From the NCBI GenBank assembly GCA_046563655.1, contig CM102287.1, positions 2,418,001 through 2,482,000 of the forward strand: 64,000 nucleotides of DNA, written 5' to 3'. Positions 1 through 11,377 of the stretch are shown here, one piece after another. Origin of the DNA: Yuukianura sp. NJ FZ-2021. Lineage: Eukaryota. Position 1 is the first letter of the stretch. Every line of letters starts with the position of its first letter. The translations under genes and the position numbers were made by a program. The notes under the pieces are model-generated. The model searched no databases. It had not been told where the DNA came from and saw nothing but the letters and a program-made list of their open reading frames with translations.

Positions 1-300
1 TCAAAAATTTCAAAGTTCAGAACTTAAAAAATTTACTAAAATATGCAAAACTCAAAGGCCAGAAAATAAAAAAGAAAATCTCACTCAGGAAAGAAAAAGC
101 TAAAAGTGAAAGTTTTGTGGTTTGAAATTTTCATTTTTTTTTGTTTCCACGGTAACTTGGATTATTCACTACTGTGAATGAATTAACAAACAGTTTTTTT
201 TTTAATTTTGAAAAGAAATGAAAAAATTTCAGCTTTGGATAGATCGTTGACATTTGAAATTCGGGAGACCCCTTGGATCGCAGTGTTGAATTTGGTGAAA

Positions 301-705
301 ATGGAGAAAGTTTGTGTTGGAGCAGTGACTTGGTTGGTGCTGTTGATGACCCTGTTTGGCCTGAGTCAAGGTCAGGTCATCACCAAACCCCAAAAACAAA
401 TGTGCTCTCCATGTGAAAGAAAAATTTCAGGTATCCACAAAAAAAAAAAAATAACTCTAAAATTCCAATTGGCTTTTCAAATTTTGAAATTTAGCATTTA
501 CTTTGTAACTATTTAGTTTTTGTTTTGTTTAGAAGAGGCTCTGATCCTTTGGCGTAGTTTTTCGAATCGTGGCTATGCGAAGAACATTGGGTCATGTCAG
601 GACAAACCAGAGTGTCCCGAAGGCAGTCGCAAGTCACACGCATCGTCACTCCAAGTCACCCTCAAACTCACTTCTACTCTTCTTCCACTTTACTTCATCT
701 TCTGA
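301..705 (+). CDS. Small secreted, possibly GPI-anchored orphan protein (~100 aa; exons 301-430, 533-705)
   Basis: Signal-peptide-like N-terminus (MEKVCVGAVTWLVLLMTLFGLSQG). GT donor at 431 and AG acceptor at 531-532 join in phase 1 to an open exon ending in a hydrophobic tail (TLLPLYFIF*). No family recognised. Confidence 0.5.
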
Positions 706-1033
706 CCAAAAGGTTATGAAAACTGAATTTTGAAACTCATTTGGAAACTGAATCTGGTTGGAAATTGAAAATAAATTTTACGGAACGGGCATTTTTTTTT
801 TTTTTGGATATTTTGATGAAATTTTTTTTCCAAATTGTTGGTTTGACCTTAGAAGTGTTGAATACTTGAAGAGTATCGATAAAACTACGGCAGAGGTGAA
901 ATAGGTCAACTCTGGAAGGTCCAGGCACAAAACCATTAACTCCACGCGCATTTTCATACTTTTCAAAAAAACGAGAAATATTTGGAGGCATTTGGAAAAG
1001 TGTTTGTTCGTTTTGATACTTTGTGGTGTAGTG

Positions 1034-3197
1034 ATGGAGTCTCTGCCGAATGTGTACAGGTACCAGTACAAATACTTCCATCCTACTCCCATCTTCCCAA
1101 TGGTCGCAAATCCCGTGAGTGAAAAACAACATTTTGAAAAAACCCATCACTTTCTAAAATTTATCCTGAAACAATGTTTGAATTTTGAATTTTGAAATTC
1201 GTTTTTTTGAGTATAGGCGGATCGCCTGTGTTTCCGATACGGTGGAAGATGTAGCCTGGAACCCTGCTCTCATAACGTTATGAGTGCCGCGGTGCTGGGT
1301 CAAGCTGAAAATCAACTCAGGTCAAATTTCAACTCTGTCATTCCTTGGAAAATTCCGGATACTGGAAATGCTGGTAGCATTTTTGCAAAGAAGGAATGTG
1401 CTTGTGGTCGCCAGTAAGTTTTTAGTACTTTCCCAAAATTAAAAAATTTAATTTATCATGAAACTTGAAATTTCGAAATTTAAACAGCAGAAACAACCAA
1501 ATTGGGAATCAGTTGACGGAAAACTTTGTTTCGGGTCATCTGGCCAGGACGAATGTGAGACACGGTCAAAGGTCAGTTTAAAAAAGTGAAATTTGAAAAT
1601 CTTCAAGAATAATTTTCACATTTCCCTTAAAATTTTCTGGACTAACTTTTTGAATATTTTTTTTTGAGTTACTCCGTGCGAGATTGGAACTGGAACACGC
1701 ATGACCTTTGCAGCGGCGCTTCCTCTGTCCACAACGCTGTCCAACTTCTGGAAGATGAGACTAAAAAGTGCATTAGTGAAGTGTGCAAAGAGCAACTGCG
1801 CAGAAGCATCGACACTGCAGATGACCTCAGTGTCAGAATCACCGACATTGCAAACTGGACACAACAACTACGGTTAGAGAAGGAACAAAATATCAAATAC
1901 ACTTACATGCTGGAAAACCTAAGACACAGAGTTCTACAAATGATTAAAGTAACATTTCCAAAAAATTACTTTTTCAAAAAATACTTTTTCAAAATTTCAA
2001 TTCATTTTTTGAATAAATTTTCCTAGAATATTGAAACTCCGCTGGGAATCACCAAAGAAAATTTGATGACACGGAAGATTCGGCAGGGGGTGGAGTTGGT
2101 TCACGACGAAGTGGAGAGAGCTCTGCTGAATGAAGTATTTGACCTCGACCTTGACCTCGTAACCTCTGTTGACCTTTGACCTTTGACTGTTTTTAGGTTG
2201 AAATTTTTGAAAAACGGAGGGAAATCCTGGTGGGAGAAAGTGAGAGAATTGCAGAGCAAATCAATAGGCTCAGAGATGCTCGCCACGAAATCGAAGTTGA
2301 TTTGGAAAAGAAAGTGCAGGCAAAAGAGACTGACGAAAGAGTCCAGCGTCTGTCCACGGCATCCAGCCACATCGGATCAATCCGAATTCCACCACCTTAT
2401 GCCATGTAAGCCAAAGGTCAAAGGTCAAACTAAAGTTCATGTCACTTTTGAATCTAAAGGCACAGTTCACCAACTTCTTGGGTCCAGTACACCCAGAACA
2501 TTCTCCAAAAATCTCAAAATGAGCGCAATTTGAGTAAAATCCTGGAGACAGAAGTGGTGAAAGAAATGAGGGGAGCAGCAGAAGAGTGCACCACAGCTTG
2601 GCACTGGACAAATTCAGCTTTCAAGTCTCGTCTGGCAGATATCGGGGGAGGTCAAGGTCAACTGGAGCAGCACATTAAAAAGTTAGACAAGGACATAAAT
2701 ACTCTCCAGCTCAACATCGCTGAAGTCCAAAGAACCATTGCCTCCAAAGTTCCTGTTCTACATGTAAATTTTCAAAATTTTGAAAAAATTTAGTTTTTTG
2801 TTTTGAAAAACTTACTTTTGAAAATGGTTCTTAGTTGGCCCAAACGCGACTGGACAAGAGGAAGGAGCGCCCAGGTCTGGAACTTTGTCGAGATGGTCCG
2901 ATGGTTTCTCTGTTAGGTGAAATCCACGTAGTGCAGAGGGGCCTTGACCTCTTGACATCCAAGGACCTTGAGTTGAGGGGGACCCTTGAACATCTACTCA
3001 AAACAAAGTCCACTTTGGAGCGTGACTGGCGCTTGAAGTGTAACGCTGTCACGGTGGACAGTGACAAATGCCTGTCCCTTAGACTAGCAAATCCAATTTC
3101 CCCCTTCATTGAAGCAAATGCGAGGAGTTGGGGGAACAATCAAATAGAAATGGACTATTTACCAGTTCCAGCAATCTGTGCTACAACTCGAAAATAA
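1034..3197 (+). CDS. Tektin (axonemal coiled-coil protein), multi-exon
   Basis: Tektin signature RPGLELCRD in the last exon (AQTRLDKRKERPGLELCRD) and coiled-coil exons. Upstream exons 1034-1114, 1217-1413, ~1488-1571 and 1669 onward join in frame through canonical GT/AG sites. The start codon is inferred. Confidence 0.85.
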
Positions 3198-3507
3198 ATT
3201 ACATTTAATCACAATCACATTTAACTTTAACTATAATTAATTACATGTAATTACTCAAACTACTAATTATAAAATAATTCATCTTCATAAGAACGTGACG
3301 CAAATGACGCTCAACAGGTTGAATTTTTGAATTTTTGGAAAGGCGCCAAAGTCAAATCAAAACCGGAAACACATGTTTGAAATCTGAGAGAAAACGGCTG
3401 GCTGTGTGCTTTTCCGTATTCCGTCCTCTAATTGTGATTAATTAGTTTAGTTAATTAGTTCGATTAGTTATTTTTTTTGTATTTAATTGTTGCTGGTTCA
3501 ACAAAGA

Positions 3508-4599
3508 ATGGAGCTAATCATTTCGGATTTGGACAAGAACGAAGTGGATCCCTGCCTGGACAGGTCAGAGGTCAAGGCGACATGGGGCCACGGAGACGTC
3601 GGAATTGTTCTAAGAAACGACATTTATGGCAACTATGTCGTCGCTGCGAGACTAATTGAGGAAGGTGAGCTCATTCTTGAGGAGTTTCCGCTATCCGTTG
3701 CCACTTACGGGAAAGCTGACTTGTTGCCATTCTGTCTTGCCTGTGGAAAGGACCTTGCTCTGTCCGAAAGATGTACCAAGTGTCGCTGGCCTATTTGCGA
3801 CAACGGAACGTGTGAAAACGTAACACAAGTTCAAAAATACGTTTTGGTTTACATAAAATACGTTTTGATTTACATGGATTTTGACTGTTTTACCACAGGA
3901 TCCTCTACATGCTGACGGGGAGTGTCCAATCTTTGTGTCCAATGACGTTCGACCGAAGAAGTTGAGCCAGTCTGAGTACGGTGCTGTGGAAGTTCTGCGT
4001 GGACTGCTCATGCGATCAAGGAATCCAGCAGGCTGGAAACGAATTCAAACGTTTGAAGCTCACGCGACGGGTAGACGAGAGTCGGAAGTGGCGAAAGCAG
4101 ACACGGACTTCATCGCTCACTTTATTCTGAACAAATGCAAGTTGACACAGTTTGACCTCGACACGATTGACAAGGTCATTGGAGTCTACTGCGTCAATAC
4201 TTTCTGGGCTCAGAGGGATACTGGCAAGTAAGTCACACTTTTTTTAAGACTTGACATTGACCTTGAATATTTCTTGAGTTTCATTTTGTTTTTAGAAACA
4301 TTTCTTTGCTTTTTGACACAACTACTCTGCTGCCGCATGACTGTGATCCAAACACGAGACGTGACATAGTTGAGAAGGAAGTGATTATGGCTGGATCCAT
4401 TCGGAAGTCAATGTGCATTCAAATAGTAGCAGACAGAACAATTGAAGCTGGAGAAATCATTAGCACTTACTACACAACCATCACAGACGATGTAGTCAAA
4501 CGACAAAAGTATCTCAAAGAGGCATTCTACTTTACATGCAACTGCAGAAGATGTGTCAGAGAGCTACTGGAAAACATGGACATCAACGGCAACGTTTAG
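3508..4599 (+). CDS. SMYD-type SET/MYND-domain protein (arthropod SmydA/msta-like), 3 exons
   Basis: Split SET (YGNYVVAARLIEEGELIL ... HDCDPN ... IEAGEIISTYY), MYND-like CLAC..CTKCRWPIC...C...H...EC, and post-SET FTCNCRRC. Confidence 0.85.
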
Positions 4600-6198
4600 G
4601 ATTTTTTAAAAACTCAATTTCAAATCGAGAATTTTACAAATTTTTGGTGCTTTCACTGAATTCTTTCCACTCTTCCACGTTTTCTTCCAAAAGTTCATTC
4701 TTGTGAAACTCAAACTGGAGATTTTTTAACAAACGTAAACTAAACTTTCCAAAGCTATCTAAAAACAAAACTAATATTTTTCTTGAAAATAAAAAAGGAA
4801 TTGAAAACTAACTAGTTTTTATCTAATAAGCACTTCACTAATGTGTAGTTTTAGATAAAAGTGAAAGTATGGATTACAAGACTAAGGTTGTGAGGGGTGA
4901 AAGTGATAAATTGGTTTTGTGATTTGAACTGACAGTCAAAGTGATAGACTTTTAGCCTAAAGTCATAGACTTTTAGTTTTAGTTTGAAGTCATAGGCTTT
5001 TGGTTTTAGTCTTTTTGGAGGTGTGAGGTGTTGAGCCCCTGCTTTTCCCCTTGAGCTCCTTGGTTGAAGAGGGAGAAAGTTGTGCTTTCACCGCCACACT
5101 TCAACAAGCGAAAGTGTAAGAAGAGAGTGTGAAGTTAATGGAACATGACGGGGAATTACTGTCATGTTTTCACTTTCTCAAACTCACAACCTTCCAACTG
5201 ACCTTGTACTCACTACTTTCTCCAATCTACTAAGCAAAATAAAGTCAAAATGAGAAAATAATTACAGCTTTAACACAATTTTTACAACATTAAATAAACT
5301 TGAATCTTATCAAAAAATACGATCGCACTTTGTGCTTAGTTTTTTGCTTTTTGGATTCTAGGAGAGTTTGTAAAATTAGTTGAAAAAAACTTTGTTAGAG
5401 GAGAAAGTGGTGTTTGGGGAGAAAGTGATGGTGAAAAGTGGAGTTGGTGAATTTGGAAGTGGCGATGGATGTTTTGGGAGAAACATGGGAAGTGAATTTG
5501 AAAAACACTTTCTCATAAATTCTTAATCCAACTAAATCCCCACTTTCACACAACTTCACTTTCACTCCAATGTCCGAACTTTCTTCATCTCTATCCCAAA
5601 AACCGCTTTTCTGGAAATTTTACTCAAAGTAAACGCCATTCAATTCAAAATTTAGACTAAACAGGTTTAACAGTGGGGTAAAACAAAAAAAAAAGGCGCT
5701 GGATCATTTGAGTTTTAGCAAAAGTGAAAGATGAATTTGAATTTTGAGTTTGATGTTGTGCCTAAACTTTCAAAGAGAAAAGAAGATGAGTTTCCCAAAT
5801 TCAGTTTTCTTCCTAATCAACCTCATTCCAAATTCCTTCATCTTTCTCCTCATCTTTAAAACTTTAGACATGAAGGTTTTAGAAAGTGGGTACTTGGTCC
5901 CACCTGCTCTCATGGTGGGTTCCATTCAAAAACAAAAGCCCCACCACCAGGCCCCACCATCCCAATTAAGTCATGGCTCAAAAGTTAAATGAATCTTTAA
6001 TTCTTATTTCCATGGAAACGGCTGGATGCCGGTGAGAGAAAATATTTGATGTAAAATTACAAATTTGTTGTGCTATTTCTACAATATTTGTCTTTTTCGG
6101 AAGGAAAGGTCTTCAGAAGAGGAGTGTCTAAATTTCTAAATTCAAAATTCTAAACGTCAAGTCCAACTTTTGAACACAAACTAAATTCTAAATTCAAA

Positions 6199-6899
6199 AT
6201 GTCAAACTGCTGCTCGGTATGTATGAAACAGACGAAATTTGGAAACAGCTAACTTGAAATTGATGCTTGATTTTTTGAACTGCAGCCTCCCTCTCCCCTC
6301 GGACGGTCTGCTGGAACTTCGTTCACTTGCTGTGTAAGTCACACTTCAACTTTAATTATTAAATTTTAACTCACATTAACTTTAATTATTAAAATAACTT
6401 AACTAATTCTTATTCAATTTATGTAAATGAAGCCCCACCCAGTGAGAAACTGCCTCTGCGTAAGTCTCTATTCAAAGATTAGCTCAAATATTTTTCACGT
6501 TTAATTTATGTTCAACTTTTTTTTGTAGCTTCCACCGAGGGATTGCGTAAGAACACTTATTACACAAATTCTTGGTTTTTCATTTAGTTCGTTTTTGAAA
6601 ATTAATGAAGATTTTAAAATTTGACAAATTTGAAAATTTGACAAATGATTGTTTAGCCTCCACCGCTTGGTTGTTGCCCCATTTGGACTACTGGTTGCTC
6701 TCCAAATGGTCGTTGCTGCTCACTCAATTGTTGCTGCGTACGAAAACTTTACACAAATTAACATTTTTTTGTAACGTTTTTACAAATTGATAGAAATTTA
6801 GTTTAAAACTGTAATTTTCAGTTGTGTCGCCTCCCGCCCTGTCCGCCTGCCTACTACGAATGTCCTCACAAATCAACATCAACTTGTGGCTCCTACTAA
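6199..6899 (+). CDS. 89-aa Cys/Pro-rich microprotein from six phase-0 microexons (6199-6216, 6286-6333, 6433-6459, 6529-6546, 6657-6737, 6822-6899)
   Basis: Six GC-richer islands in AT-rich DNA, joined by GT-AG introns, each a multiple of 3. Joined translation: MSNCCS-PPSPLGRSAGTSFTCC-PHPVRNCLC-LPPRDC-PPPLGCCPIWTTGCSPNGRCCSLNCCC-LCRLPPCPPAYYECPHKSTSTCGSY*. Confidence 0.75.
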
Positions 6900-7070
6900 A
6901 AATCACCACAAACTCCCTTCAAAAGAATACTTTTGAACAAAATCTATCGAAAGACACTCTTTTAACACACCTTTTATTTCATTACTCATGTGATTAAAAA
7001 AACATCAAAATTTAAGTAAACAATTTTTTCAAGAATGAGAAGAGTTCTTGTTTTGTGTCGCTTATGAAAT

Positions 7071-8007
7071 TTAGAAAGTGGAGTGGAGAAAGTAGAAAAT
7101 GGAGAAAAATGTTTTGTGGAAAAGTAACTTTTTGGCGGTGTTTCTGAATTTGCGTTGTGGATTTGAGATTCTGTGGATTGGGTCCACGCCCCGAGTGCAC
7201 AATGCTGCTCCGTCGCCATTCTGCAAACGTGCAGTCTGATTGCACTTCCCACTCGCACATCTCTGGTCTTGATGGTCATCGTCTGGGTCAATGTAGTTCT
7301 TGGCGTCACGAGTGAAGTTCCGGAAGTACTCGGTCACGAAGGCTTCAAATGGACGCTTCTCCATGTCCGTCGCGTACTTGGAAGCCATGAGGCTCATCAA
7401 TTCACCAATCTCTTCGTTCACGACGCTCGATCCAGAGGACGCATTCTGCACAATCTGCTCCAGTCGATCCACTTCTGGCTTAAAGTCAACGTCATAATTA
7501 AATGCACGGCTGCAAATCAAAAGGCAACGTCAGACGTCAACAAAAGCCAAAGGAGTTCGTCAACACGTCAAACGTCAACAAAATATGCTGCTTACGTGCG
7601 CTGAGTGCACACCACATTGTGTCTCACTAAACACGTCTTCGCAATTGCATAGCCCAGAAAGTCAACTTGAATGGCCACTTTGTCGTTGCAGAAACACGTC
7701 CCGTGGCCGCCTTTGTAGACGCACTCCAGCATCAGCTGTTTAGAGTCGCATACGCTGTCTGCGTTCAAACAATTTCCAAATTTTGCATTATTTGATCCAA
7801 TTGAACCATTTTGGATCAAATTGCGAAAAATTTTGAAAAGTGAAAACATTTTTGAGACTCACATCCCTCGCAGTTCTGTCCAAGGCCGCGTTTCACAACA
7901 TAGCGACTCTTGGGGGTCGTTTCCATTTCACCTTCATCTTGACCTGCTCCAGGCGTCACACGACTCACCCACAACACAAAAACTAACCAAGTTCTCAAAA
8001 AAGTCAT
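7071..8007 (-). CDS. Secreted Cys-rich protein with hydrophobic C-tail, copy A (exons 8007-7863, 7758-7596, 7509-7071)
   Basis: Signal-like MTFLRTWLVFVLWVSR, Cys module LGQNCEGYSVCDSKQLMLECVYKGGHGTCFCND..CLVRHNVVC, tail FFSIFYFLHSTF*. Splice sites are conserved across the three copies. Confidence 0.75.
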
Positions 8008-8544
8008 GACCTTTGACCTTCCGCTGCGAACAACCATATTCTTTGCACAATCACTGAAAAATGTCAAATGGACTTGTTAGTTTACGAGTTACTTGCAAAG
8101 TTAATCAAAACTCAGTAATCGTAGCAACAGTTTTTGACATGAAAATTTTTGTCCCGTTCAAGAAAAAAAATGTGGCGGAATTTGTTCAATCAAAAAATTT
8201 TCCCTGGAATGCTCACTCAATTGTTGCTGCGTAGGAACAACTTTACACAAATCACAAATTTTTGTTACATTTTTACAAATTGACAAATTCAAAAAAATTT
8301 AGTTAAAAAGTGTGGTTTTCAGTTGTGTCGTCTCCCGCCCTGTCCGCCTGCCTACTACGAATGTCCTCACAAATCAACATCAACTTGTGGCTCCTACTAA
8401 AAATCACCACAAACTCCCTTCAAAAGAATACTTTTGAACAAAGTCTATGGAAAGACAACAACACAAGTTTTATTTCATAATTCATGTGATTAAAAAAAGG
8501 AGTTTTTAAAAATTTTAGTCCTTGTTCTTTGTCGCTTATGAAAT

Positions 8545-9592
8545 TTAGAAAGTATGGCGGAGAAAGTAGAAAATGAGGAAAAGTGTTTTGTGGAAAAGTA
8601 ATTTTTTGGCGGTGTTTCTGAACTTGCGTTGTGGATTTGAGATTCTGTGGATTGGGTCCACGCCCCGAGTGCACAATGCTCCTTGGTTTATGCCATCCTG
8701 CATAAGTGCAGTCTGGTTGCACTTCCCACTGGCACATCTCTTGTCCAAATCATTCTTGCTTGTGTCGCTGATGTAGTTCTTGGCGTCACGACTGAAGTTC
8801 CGGAAGTACTCGGTCACGAACGTTTCAAATGGACGCTTCTCCATGTCCGTCGCGTACTTGGACGCCATGAGACTCATCAGTTCACCAATCTCTTCGTTCA
8901 CGACACTCGATCCCGACGACGCATTCTGCACAATCTGCTCCAGTCGATCCACTTCTGGCTTAAAGTCAACGTCATAGTTCAGTTCATGCCTACACAGCAA
9001 AAGGGAACACGTCAAACATCAACAAAAGGCAAAGGAGTCCGTCAAAACGTCAACAAAAGGCAAATGAATCCGTCAAAACGTCAAGCAAAGGTAAAGGAAT
9101 CCGTCAAAACGTGAGACGTCAACCAAAGGAGTCCGTCAAAACGTGAGACGTCAACCAAAGGAGTCCGTCAAAACGTCAAACGTCAACAAATTATCATGCT
9201 TACTCGCGCTGATTGCACACCACATTGTGTCTCACTAAACACGTCTTCCCAATAGCATAGCCCAGAAAGTCAACTTGAATGGCGATTTTGTCGTTGCAGA
9301 AACACGTCCCATGTCCGCCTTTGTACACACACGTCATCATCAGCTGACGGGAGTTGCAAAGGCTGTCTGCGTTCAAACAATTTATAAATTTTGACATTTT
9401 GGATCAAATTGCCAAAATTTTGAAAAGTGATTGTATTTTTGACTCACATCCCTCGCAGCTCTGTCCGAGGCCGTTTTTCAAAACATATCGATCCTTGGGG
9501 GTTGTTTGGATTTCAGGTTCATCTGGACCTGCTCCAGGGGTTACACGACTCACCCACAACACAACAACTAACCAACCTCTCAAAAAAGTCAT
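8545..9592 (-). CDS. Secreted Cys-rich protein, copy B
   Basis: Paralogue of copy A with the same three-exon structure and open frames (ORFs 9404-9592, 9200-9397, 8545-9015). Confidence 0.75.
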
Positions 9593-10232
9593 AACCTCTG
9601 ACTTTCCACTGCACTGCGAACAACCATATTTTATGCACTACTTAAAAATGTCAAACATGGAATTTTTGTTTTTTCTTCCCGTTTTACTTAAAAAGTTTAT
9701 CAAAACCAAGGTAACTAAACATAAATACACACGAGCTTTCTAAGGTAGTCTCACGAGCGGTTTTTTAATAAAAATTCGTGCAAAGGTTGGTTGAGGTAAC
9801 AATGATATCAAAACCTAGTAACAGTAGCAACAATTTTTCCCGTTAAAATTTTGTCCCTGAAAAAAAATGTGGCGGAATGCTCACTCAATTGTTGCTGCGT
9901 ACGAAAAACTTTACACAAATTAACAAATTTTTGTAACATTTTTACAAATTTACAATTTCATAGAAATTTAGTAGTTAAAAAGTGTGATTTTCAGTTGTGT
10001 CGCCTCTCACGTCTCACCTTGTCCGCCTGCCTACTACGAATGTTCTCACAAATCAACATCAACTTGTGCCTCCTGCTAAAAATCACCACAAAATCCCTTC
10101 AAAAGAATACTTTTGAACAAAGTCTATCGAAATACGACACTTTGAACACAACTGTTATTTCATTATTCATGTGATTAAAAAAAGAGTTGTAAAAAATTGA
10201 AAAGAGTCCTTGTTTTGTGTCACTTATGAAAT

Positions 10233-11377
10233 TTAGAAAGTGGAGTGGAGAAAGTAGAAAATGGAGAAAAGTGTTTTGTGGAAAAGTAACTTTTTGGCGG
10301 TGTTTCTGAATTTGCGTTGTGGATTTGAGATTCTGTGGATTGGGTCCACACCCCGAGTGCACAATGCTGCTCCGTCGCCATTCTGCAAACGTGCAGTCTG
10401 ATTGCACTTCCCACTCGCACATCTCTGGTCCTGATGGTCATCGTCTGGGTCAATGTACTTCTTGGCGTCACGAGTGAAGTTCCGGAAGTACTCGGTCACG
10501 AAGGCTTCAAATGGACGCTTCTCCATGTCCGTCGCGTACTTGGAAGCCATGAGGCTCATCAATTCACCAATCTCTTCGTTCACGACGCTCGATCCAGAGG
10601 ACGCATTCTGCACAATCTGCTCCAGTCGATCCACTTCGGGCTTAAAGTCAACGTCATAGTTCAGTTCGTTCCTACACAGCAAAAGGGAACACGTCAAGCG
10701 TCAACAAGAGGCAGACAAATCCGTCAAAACGTCATACATCAACAAAAGGCAAAGGAGTCCGTCAAAACGTGAAATGTCAACCAAAGGAATCCGTCAACAC
10801 GGCTAACGTCAATAAAAGGCAAATAAATCCGTCAACACGTCAAGCGTCAACAAAAGGCAAAAGAAATCCGTCAAAACGTCAACAAAGTGCAAAGGAATTC
10901 GTCAACACGTCAAACGTCAACAAAAATCCAAACGTCAAACGTCAAGAAAAGGGAACACGCCAAGCGTGAAGAAACTGTGAAATTTACTTGCGTCGATTGC
11001 ACTCCACATTGTGTCTGATCAAGCACGTCTTCCCAATTGCGTAGCCCAGAAAGTCAACTTGAATGGCCAATTTGTCGTTGCAGAAACACGTCCCATGTCC
11101 GCCTTTGTACACACACGTCATCATCATCTGTGTAGAGTCGCACATGCTGTCTGCCTTCAAACAATTTATAAATTTTGACAATTTGGATCAAATTGCGAAA
11201 AATTTTGAAAAGTGATTGTATTTTTGACTCACATCCCTCGCAGTTCTGTCCAAGGCCGCGTTTCTCAACATAGCGATCCTTGGGGGTTGTTTCGATTTCA
11301 CCTTCATCTTGACCAGCTCCAGGGCTCACACGACTCACCCACAACACAAAAAAGAAACAAGCTCTCAAAAAGGTCAT
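10233..11377 (-). CDS. Secreted Cys-rich protein, copy C
   Basis: Paralogue of copies A and B with the same exon structure (ORFs 11054-11416, 10984-11181, 10233-10697). Confidence 0.75.

Noticed and set aside
737..1150. Minus-strand ORFs 737-1150 and 778-1092
   Set aside because: No recognisable motifs, they overlap the plus-strand tektin first exon, and splice signals favour the plus strand.
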